Shown here: in pieces, positions 53,737-64,000 of the stretch | How positions within the stretch are numbered: position 1 is the first letter of the stretch | Layout of the letters: each line of letters begins with the position of its first letter | Assembly (NCBI RefSeq): GCF_000150275.1 | Contig: NW_002060944.1 | Location: forward strand, 8,642,159 to 8,706,158 | Reading direction: 5' to 3' | Length of the DNA: 64,000 nt | Source of the DNA: Trichoplax adhaerens | Taxonomy: Eukaryota > Animalia > Placozoa | The notes under the pieces: generated by a model | Told to the model about the DNA's origin: nothing | Seen by the model: only the letters and a program-made list of their open reading frames with translations | Databases searched by the model: none | Position numbers and translations under genes: made by a program

Positions 53737-55549
53737 TACTTTTTATTCATTTTGCATAATATATTTTAGTCGCACATTACAGTGTTGGAAAAATTCCAGA
53801 CGCATTGATATATAGAATTTATCATCATATAGACGAAAACACTAATCTAGATTGACAATAAACTCTATTGATTGTGAGTTATTTGCAAGATACCAGAGTA
53901 ATAGAAAAGATTGCTTTGGTAAATTTGTTGATGGTTTACAAATACAATTTTGCAAGGACGCGAAATGACATTTAAGCATTGTCCGACTTTGTTAAGATTA
54001 ATTAAAAATAAGACAGATATTGATTATTGAGTATATAGGCATTTATTATTGCTTGGCGATGGTATGTAACGTATGTTGTTGATTCTCTTTACGACAATAT
54101 TGCTTCTATATTTTTAAATATGTATTTTGTTGCAACAAAAAAAAATGCAACCTGGTACGTATGACTTGCTCTAATGACAATTTATTGCCAAAATGATAAA
54201 AAAAGTAAATTGAAAACTTAAAACTGAGAAGTCTTTTGATTTCGATGCGACTACAGCGTGAACTCGGAAAGAGTTCTGACGCCTCAGTTTTCTACATCAA
54301 CTATGTCATAGTGTATACTGTAAATACATTAAGGGTGCACTATCGGCCTTGAGCCACGAAAAGCCTAGAGGGTGTATCCATAATCTAATTTATTTAAGAC
54401 AGACAACAGGCCTACAATGCTACAGGTTGGTTTGTAGGCCTCCATTGATTGTACAGTTACATGACTTTTTACTGGATAAGTTGTTTCCAGTTTTGCTACG
54501 AATTTTTATCTTACTACTCTTCTAATCTACGAACTACGACGCTTGATGCGAATGCTATAGGCTGGTAACTATAGTTCGACATCACAGCGCTCAACTTTAT
54601 TTATACCATTTCTTTTTATAAAATATTTCTTTTCATAATTTATCCTAAAATATTCTTCATAATGTACAATGTCTCCATTCCTCTATAGAAGGATTGATAT
54701 CGTATGATGAAATAAATTGTTTGTAAAAATTGTAATATGCGTCTAATCTTTGTTTGTTTTTAATTAATACGTTATCGTAGACCGCGAAATCTTTGCGCGC
54801 CAACAACTAGAAATGGCGTTAGCAACCAGTAACCATTGTATATGTATGGGTAATTCTCTATGACGTTTAGTTCAAAGTTAGAGTAGAAGTAGACCAAGAA
54901 CTAAAGTACTGTAAGTACTAGTCTACTACTAGATCCTCGTTAAGTTGGGCGGAGTCCCTCAAGCCAACTTTTCAGTGTCATGGGTTGCAAAGTTCACGAT
55001 TCTCTCTCTATTGGACGAAAAATTTTGCCCAATTGCAAATTCTAGCGGAATTATTTGCCCGTCACTATGGACTACTAAAAGCTAGCTGTAAGAATTAGTC
55101 CATGACGAAACGCACAAAACCAAACAACCAGTTCTAGTCCTAAATAGTCCTAAACATAGTACACAGGACGACCATAGTGGCTAGCACCTCTAGACCACCA
55201 TTAAGGGGCGTGGCGAGCCCTCTTCAACTGGCTGAAAGATGTTCAGCTATAGTGTTGCCTTAAATTATGTTTTTCAATTGTGAAGAAATGGCCTCTAAAT
55301 TTGGCTCCAATTCCATGCAGACAGATCAGTACAACCTAGAGCAATTGGCCCTTGATATTTTGATTCCTTTTTATCGCGGTAATGAAGAATTCTATTGCTT
55401 TCAAGTTTCCGATACAAACTATTAGTCGGTGTTCCATGTACGATCGCTCCAATTAGCTCCAAGCCTTTTACAAGTCAAGCCTTAACACCGCTCTATAGTA
55501 GTGTCTCGTTTCAGATATCCGTTTCACTTGAAAAGATTAGCAAATTAGT

Positions 55550-55900
55550 TTGCCCCCCCCCCGTATTTATACTACCGTGAACTCTCGGTCTATAAAGTGA
55601 TATAAATTTGAGGTGGTTTTCCTGACTACTTTCAAAATTGAAATTGAAATCGTTCTAAGCCCATTCAAATCTTTGCGATCCCGCCATATGGGTCCACCTA
55701 GGACAGTGTACAGTACAGTACACCCAGCGCCCATACTGTACACTGTACCGTACAGTACTGTACACTGTACCGTACAGTACTGTACACTGTACCGTACAGT
55801 ACCGTGCTTCTCTCGCATTGAAGCACAGACAAGCGGAATCCTGGACATGTGAATGTAATATCAATGTTCAAATCGATCACTCCAGCCATCTTGACGATTT
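55550..55900 (+). promoter_or_regulatory. PPCS promoter island with poly-C tract and 22-bp GTAC tandem repeat
   Basis: C-run 55553-55562 and (TACTGTACACTGTACCGTACAG)x3 at ~55733-55799, ~270 bp upstream of ATG 56069. Confidence 0.6.
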
Positions 55901-56068
55901 TTGCTACGGACAAGAATAACATCGAACACAACTTTGAATGTTAATTCAATCAGTAGGTTATATTCATGATTAGAAACTGGTATTATTATTGCTATAGCTA
56001 ATTTTGGCAATAATTCAAGTCCATCACTTTAGTTTTGCATTGTCATCGAGAGAAGTATTGAACGTGCA

Positions 56069-58736
56069 ATGAATAGCTATCAAGAGCAAATTGAATTTAT
56101 GGCAGCAAATCCTCCACCGGATAATATCCATGAAATCCAACTGACCGTTCATCAATTCCTGTCTCAACATATCGATCATCGTGATCATCGCATTGCTTTT
56201 ATAACGGTAAGTCTAGAACAATGATAATAGAATGCTTGTAATGCAAAAGAAAAAAAATGAATTGGAGGCAGCACAGCTGATGTACCAAGTGGCTGCTTCA
56301 TTTGAAATGCCTCCACAAATCAATGAATGACCAATACAGTACATGTCCTAGAGCATTTCGTGATCAAGCTAGAAAAATTGTAATAGTAACAATCATCGCT
56401 AGGTATAAAAACCGAGATTCCGTTTTACCGTATAGAATGAACGATGACAATACTTTAGCCTTGAAGTAGACTGCAATAAAGTCTAAATGAAATTTTGATA
56501 ATTTACGTATGGCAACATCAGTGATGAATGATATTGAGATGATACGCATAATTTAGTGTATGCCGATATAGCATCTTCGAGATCTAATATGTCTATATGC
56601 GTGAGTTACACTTAAACGTACAAAATCAGTAGATTAAATAATACGGTCTTAACACATCAAGATGCACTATATTAACATATAGCATAATATTGATCAAATA
56701 TCAGCGTACAAATACTCCTGCTGCTGCTAGAGTTATCTTTTGGTACGCAAACGTCATGACATTAGCAATATAACGTTCAATAAATTTAGATTAACTCGAT
56801 GCAAATGCAAAATATATATTTTGATCGAGTAGCTTTACATGATTATTATGCATAGATTATCCTGTATGGTAGTTTAGCCATCTCTTACATCGTGTCAAGA
56901 AGTATAAATTCAAAGCTTTATCAAAGAAAAAACTCTGTCACTATAGATTGTAACGAGAGTTTGACAAATAAATTACTAAAAAAGTCAAATTCGAGCGTGC
57001 TTATTTTTTTCTGCAATAGTCTGGTGGCACTTCTGTTCCATTGGAAAGAAACACTGTACGATTTATTGAAAATTTCAGTTCCGGAAAGCGAGGTTCGGCA
57101 TCAGCAGAGTATCCTAATCCAAAGAAATAGCGTCGACTATCTTATTTGCAGTATTACTGTTAGTACTAACTTACATAAATAGTATGACAACCATTTATAC
57201 AATAGATGTAGCTGTTTGTGCCTTAACGAAATATATGCACTTGCCAATGTAGGTATTTTATACGTTGTGGATATATAGTCATATTCTTGTTTCGCAAGAG
57301 TTCTTTGCAGCCATTTCAACGACACTGGAGGTCTTTAAATTTTCTAGACTCTTTGGAATGCCACTGTAATAGCGATAACGAAGCTGTAATTACTGGTATG
57401 TTGTTACTTAAAAGTTTAGCTTGGACATTGATTCGATAAAGTTATTTAGCCATACTAGCTTCCTGATGTCTGAAAAATGTCGATATATTTTGATACAGTA
57501 AATAACCCTAAGCTCTTGACAAGTCTGCAATGCTATCAACAGGTAAGATACGAGTACATCCGTTTGCTATGATATCATCGTCATTGGCAATAACTATTTG
57601 AATGAAAATTGAATGGATTTCACTGAGTATTAGTCATTTCGTCTTAAAAACCTGATATTAGAACGATATGGTAAGATGATTTAATAATGCGCATTCTTAA
57701 ATTATAGGCTCGAAGTCAAGGAAAACTCTTAGTGATCGATTACACTACTCTATTCGATTATTTGCATCTGTTACATGCTATTACCAAAGAATTGAAGGTT
57801 TTCCATTCCAGAGCCTTGGTATACCTAGCAGCGGCTGTTTCCGATTTCTATCTTCCATTGGAGCGAATGGTACAGAAAATTAAAAATCATTTATCTATTC
57901 TTTAGCATATCTATATTATCAACTTTTTGCACTTGTCTAAATGACCATATCCATCACTTTTATATGATCTGTTAAATGTTTATTGAAATTTTGCGTCAGA
58001 ACAGATGAACAATATTTTCGTTCTCTATCGTTGCAAATTGTCATTATTTTTTACAAATTTCTTAGACTGAGCACAAGATTCAATCTGCTAATGAAAAGCT
58101 AACGATACAGCTAGAAGCTGTGCCTAAAATGCTAAAAGTCTTGATTGACGAATGGATTTCAAATGCCTATATTGTATCATTTAAGGTATTACTTCTACAA
58201 TTGCTTTTAGCTTCAGATTAATATAAAACTACAATTGAGATCGCCACAAAGATATACTGACGAAATCTTTATGACTAAATTGCATAATTATTTATTGTAG
58301 CTAGAAACAGATCAAAAGATACTTATTGAGAAAGCGCAGCGATCATTACAAAAGTATTCTCACCAAGTAAGTCCGTGCTTGAGGGTGATCTTAATCCTGA
58401 ATATTTATTCTGTGCGTATAGACCCACTATAAAATTTTGTGTTTGATACTCGTGAATGTAATGGAATTCTAATGTTTGTGCTCGCATTCAGCATAGAAAT
58501 TTTATGTGTGCTTACTTATACATTTATCTTATCCATCCTTAACATATAGTCAATTTTTCTATTAGCTAGTCATAGCCAATTTGTTGCAAAGTCGCGAAAC
58601 TCGAGTAGTGATGGTAACTCTTGCCGGACAAGAAGTTATTGAAATGTCGAATGATGAGATTGAATCTGATAAAGAAATTGAAGAAAAAATTATATCCTAT
58701 ATAGTAATGAAACATCAGCATTACGTTAGTTTATAG
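56069..58736 (+). CDS. PPCS: Phosphopantothenate--cysteine ligase, 8 exons, ~310 aa
   Basis: Exons 56069-56206, 57020-57108, 57253-57395, 57499-57542, 57708-57869, 58066-58185, 58301-58366, 58566-58736, in frame. Motifs [69 protein letters not shown]. Confidence 0.97.
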
Positions 58737-61700
58737 CTGCGAAGCTGATATACTTGTGTATGTGTAAAGACATATATATTTAAATGTTTTACCAGTTGCA
58801 ACTGGGCTATATTTCTTATTAAAAAAATTTAATTTATGATCGTGGTAAAGTTTGAAATACTGAATATAAATTTTTTCAGGCGCATTTAATTCTGCGCTAC
58901 TATTCGCGGTCGACCACTTACAGTTTGTATAGGAATAAAACTAATGATGACTTAACAATTACTCGGCTTTAAAGGAAGGAACTTACTCTTCTAATATGTC
59001 ACATTTACTCTTAGTTATTCAGATTGATTACTTTAATCAGTGGTAAGTCTATTTAGAGAAAAATTAATCTATATTATAAGACATCAGAATAAAGGATCTG
59101 ATGTTTCTATGATTAGACTACATTGGATTGATACGCGATAAAACTATATCTTCCTTATTGATGCTAAATGTATGGTCTTGAAAGCTTTCAAGTATCATCG
59201 TAAGATAGCAATTTCGTTTAGACGTATAAATGGTATGCTCTAACTCCGAGGCTACTTGAACTAAGGATTCTAAAACTTTTTTTAAATGAGTAGAAATCTG
59301 TTAATTCATGATATCAAATTAGAGGGGCTGGCTAAACTATGTGGAAGAGGTTGGCTTAAAAGTGTAAATATTGTAATGAAGACTAAAAAGAAAATATTTA
59401 CCTACGTACCTTCATGGTTGCATCCTCCTTCCATCTATATATAGTTTACAGATATATATATATATTATACATCTATATGGCGATTTTATTTCAAAAATGT
59501 TATTTACTATATATAGCACAGTATTGTCTTAAAGGATATCGAAAGAATATATGCAATTAAATCGTTCACAGCATAATGATGGTTCATAAGTGGATTGGAT
59601 AGAGCTGTAACATATCATTACTTTAACAAATTGCTAATAAGGATCGTGTTTATTAAAACTATGACTTATCATAAGTAATATACGACGATATTTTTTCCGT
59701 TTTAGTGTGCTATAGGTCTTCAGATCATCGATGATTTAATATATATAATTACTGTATAAATGAGTCATCTTATTAATATACTATACCTAAGGATTTCTTC
59801 ATCACCTTGTTTCTGGTAAGGGAAACTATGGTATACCGTTTACTTCAGCTGCTTGCATGGTCATCGTGTACGCGTACAGTATCCCAAGATCGATGATATT
59901 GAACAATTCGTTATAGTAATAACTGTAAACGAATTTTATTAAAAGCTATGCTTGAGAATAACTTTGTAGTTCAGTAGTATTTCTATAAAATACTACAGTG
60001 ATTAACTTAGATCTTATCAATTGGCTCCTTAATTCTATTTACGCGGTCATACTAGTAGATTATCTAAAGGGCATGCTCTACGTCGCATATTAACATTTCA
60101 GAATTCTCTTCATTAATTAAAAGGGCCTTAACTAAATTTTATATTGATGATCTCATCTTTTTATTTTTTGCATAAGTTCTGCAATTATTTGACCTCCGTT
60201 CATGCGCCAACTTCTAGGAAATAGTTACAATAAACCATTTTTATGGATATTATGAAACCATTAATTACGGTATCTTGCACTTTCGCAGTAATAGCAGTAC
60301 TTTACTATGCAGCGTTAACGAGTCCAAGTTAGCAGTGATCTCATTTTTACGTAGTTAGAACTATAAGAACCATGTCTTGATATAATTCTACCGTTAAAAA
60401 TGGATAATAATATCTTTGTTGATAATATACTAGGTACCTTCAGGACTTGTACATATGATAATATTCATATATATCTTTTAGGTAGTACAATAACAGATTG
60501 TTTGTAGCAATATATTTAACAAAACAATCTTAGCAGAAATATCTTGGTATTGAGATTGTTATGCGTCGTTGTTTTGTTCTGAAGAATATACTTTTAAAAT
60601 ATATTGCTTTTTAAACAATAATCTTGTTGATGTAAACAGATGATAATACTGTAATCGATCCATATTATACTAATAAATATATTATGCTTATTTATAGTCG
60701 CGGTCTACTCGGTATGCAAATAATACGAGAAAAACATATTATCATCATTCACCTCAATACATATGTTACCACATATGGTACTATGAAAGGATAATAAAGA
60801 AGAGGTATAAAATATAGAGTACTCTAATGAACAATAAATTTTTGATAGTAAGAGATTAGTGAAGCAGTAAACAGCTGGCTTTTACCAATTTAGCAATAGT
60901 AATACAATGTATATTCTCAATCAACTCGAAGACGATGAAAAACGTAAAGAAGTGCTGAAGATGACTTTGCATAAATGATGTATTAGGAGTAATTAATTTT
61001 GTAAGATGTAACGTGCATCTTGCTTTATATAAGCTATAACTTCATTGATTTTTAAATCTTTATCGATCTATTTTGACGGTTAGCGATTTAGACAATATGT
61101 AGATTAGCTATTCAACCTATCTAAAGGGACCCTTGTTTTTATGCATGTTAGAAATTAATTTAAGAATAGTAAGTGCGTGTTATACATCGTCATAGATATC
61201 ATTTTCTTAATAATTATATAAAGAATACTAAACTGATTAAAGATGCTTATGTTTCTTGAATAATTCAGAAATTCTGATTTGATCCTAAATTGAACTGGCA
61301 TTAGTTAAAGCAATCCTTCAAGTTATATTATAGTATCATGCGTGATATTAATCATATTAAATTGCGATTAATATCATGTATAGCACACATGCATATTGAT
61401 TATACTGCAACTTTCAATGATGGCTATTTTATAACAAGTGGTAACGATGTCTTATATCGAGAATTAACGGTATAGTATTTTAAAAGAATCGCCATTGGTT
61501 CTACTTTTTGTATAATTTCAATAGTATAAAACTTCATGGCAGTTAAAGGTACAACTCGTATTAGATATTCCAGTAGTCAGCTCGAACGGAAGCGATTGTA
61601 ACAATAAATGAATTTTTAATACTACAATTGTTTTTGACCACGTTGAATTGAAAATACGTTACAAAATATTAACATGTTTCTAATCTATACGTCACAACTG

Positions 61701-64000
61701 GTAAATTTTCTGCAAATGATTAGGTTCCTATCAATCGTGCTCTTCTCTGGTACTGAGTAGCATATTAGTCACCGTTCTTTTAATTGCAGTAGTTTTGGAA
61801 TCGGAATTTTAACTATCGATAGTAATACAATTGGCAGTTTTAGAATTTGAACTCCTGATTTAGCTTTATCCGTCTTCTAGCCTTATTCTCGTAAGTTATA
61901 TCGATCAAAGTAATAACAAATCAAGAGCTAATGTTATTTATTTATTAATTAGAATCCGTATTGCATAAATACTGTCCAGCATTACTGATTTTTCCACGTC
62001 TGTTAATAAATAATATGAATGAGAATATTAAAATTTAATTCCATCAATACGGAAGCAAAGTAGAGTGTAGAAATATTTTTATTTTCCGGATGAAACGAAG
62101 ATTAAATTTTATTTTAGTCTATGAAAAATAACTTAGCCAGTTAGCTCCTTTAATTATCAACGAAATGCTACAGATTCTTATAACTTTTATCATAAATAAC
62201 ATTATTAGCACAGCTGTAAATGTAATAGGAGTCACTTGGCTTTTACGAAAGCTCTTGCTTTATATCAATATTGGATATATTTAGCTATCAGAATTATTTT
62301 ATCACACAGTACTAAATAATATAAGCCATTAAGCTATATAATTTCTATTGATTGCAATCAATATTCATACACACCCTCCTTCTCTGTATACTCGTACTTG
62401 TGAGGATTGCAACCCACTTTAAATAGCAACTGCAGAAGGAAAAAGTTACTTCAGGATTGACATAATATGTAATATATAAACTCAATTGAATATGAATAAG
62501 GATGATGAAGGATGTCCATCCTATCTTTCATTTACTTTCTATTTGATTTACAGCTCGTATTTAGCATTCTACAGCAGTGGTTGAAAACATCCGCTTGCAT
62601 TGATTAGCAAAGAAATATTAACCAAACAATATTTTCAAAGCATAGCATTCACGAAATATCATAAGATTATAAGCAGAAGCACGAGAAATGATATTGTAAT
62701 TAGTGATAACTTTCATTTGCATATCGTAGCAGTGAACTATTTCCATTCTTTTTATCTTATCATGGAGGCTATATAATAAATCTATTTCTCATCCTCATTT
62801 GTTTGAGTAATCAAAGTATTCATTTTTTAAGAGTCTTGAATATATTTGCTACTCTATAATACGAGCGTATATATCATATCAAAGATATGATGTTACGACA
62901 GCAGAGATATACGAATAGCTATGTTTGTAAGCTACTCTTAAGTTAGAAAGCCCATTTTAGAAAGCGTAATTCTATGAGAAGAGAAATCTTAATGAATAAA
63001 CTATTTTAGGATGATTTATATCGACAGCTAGCTCCTTGTTTTGATTACTTTACCATAGTATTTATGTATGTACAGTACGATAAAGATAATATGATTGCCA
63101 ATCACAGAATTTTTAATTACATGAGATGCCTAAGATTTGTCAGCTATGGGAATAAAATTAGTTTTTCTAGATCAGTGGATAAGCTAAATCGACTTAGTGC
63201 CGAGAGATTCTATTTATCTTGAACTTTTTATTAATATTTAGAATAAATATATATTGCCTATTTACAGTTATGAAATTATAATTGTTTGAAATATCCAAGA
63301 TTTGCAATCTGTTTGAATGGAATCATCCTTTTTTGGTCAGTAGATAGAATTAATTGATACTGTATCGAAAGCTGAAATTTGTTTTGATCTTTATTCCTTG
63401 GTACGTTTAGTAAATAATGTACTGTCTGATCGTAATTGTAGAATTTTTAATTGCACGAGATACAGATCCAAGATTTGTCATTCATTTACAAATTAACCTT
63501 TTCTTGGTCAATTTATTGGAGAAATCGATTTTATGCTATTTTTGAAATATTGCAATTGCCCATAAGCGTTTCTCAATTTTATAATATTCAATTTATCAAA
63601 CATTCAATTTATATACGTATATTTGAGGAGAGAAATGAGGTTTTAATCTCACCTGTGAATAATTTTACAAGGATAATATGCTTGTCATTAGCTGACACAG
63701 TTATATTTTTCAACCGTTTAAAAGAGGAACATTTAAAGCTATGTGTGAAATTTCATAAAACCGGAACTAAATGTAATATAATGATGAAATACTGCAGCTA
63801 TTGGAGGCGTTCGACAATTTATTTCAATTCTAGATCAGAGATCCACAGTGACTGATTAACTGTATTTCGATATTTTCTGCTATGTTCTTATTAGTCTAGA
63901 CTCAGATTGCATAATTTGATGTTGAATTTCTTACTTAGAAATCTAGTATTGCTAGAATAGTTATTTCATAGCTCAGTATAGGAGCTCCCAGTCATAAAAG

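Noticed and set aside
60870-60980. Exon-like frame ..MYILNQLEDDEKRKEVLKMTLHK*
   Set aside because: No linked upstream exons or homology recognisable.
63451-63855. 134-codon open frame
   Set aside because: TTG start, no motif, and composition typical of translated AT-rich non-coding DNA. Cannot be fully excluded without RNA data.

Overview
AT-rich, intron-rich eukaryotic (animal) genomic DNA, not prokaryotic. The composition, gene density, short GT-AG introns and 50-N scaffold gap suggest a compact early-branching metazoan such as the placozoan Trichoplax (inference, not verified). Manual splicing, with exon phases checked for every intron, gives 8 multi-exon genes plus one partial. These are: the 3' end of an ankyrin-repeat-like gene (+); an SLC46/PCFT-family MFS transporter (-); a 7-exon prostanoid-receptor-like class A GPCR with a ~6 kb intron and a ~270 aa tail that the ORF track misses (-); MSMO1 (+); ATP6V1F (-); a 3xCUB type-I membrane protein (+); FMC1, interrupted by the N gap and absent from the ORF track (-); an SLC34 Na/Pi cotransporter (+); and PPCS (+). 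The most interesting signal is regulatory. (i) Housekeeping promoters are GC-richer islands carrying palindromic GTAC/(TACAG)n arrays. (ii) Three of them carry the motif expected for the gene's pathway in vertebrates: a CLEAR/TFEB-type E-box at ATP6V1F, an NRF1-type site at FMC1, and an SREBP-type E-box plus CCAAT at MSMO1. (iii) All three long-unit tandem arrays (~227, ~193 and ~107 bp units) lie just upstream of a gene, and one triplicates a branch point/acceptor/11-nt microexon/donor unit. A ~185 bp fold-back hairpin lies upstream of the CUB gene. No tRNA, rRNA, CRISPR array or transposase was recognised.
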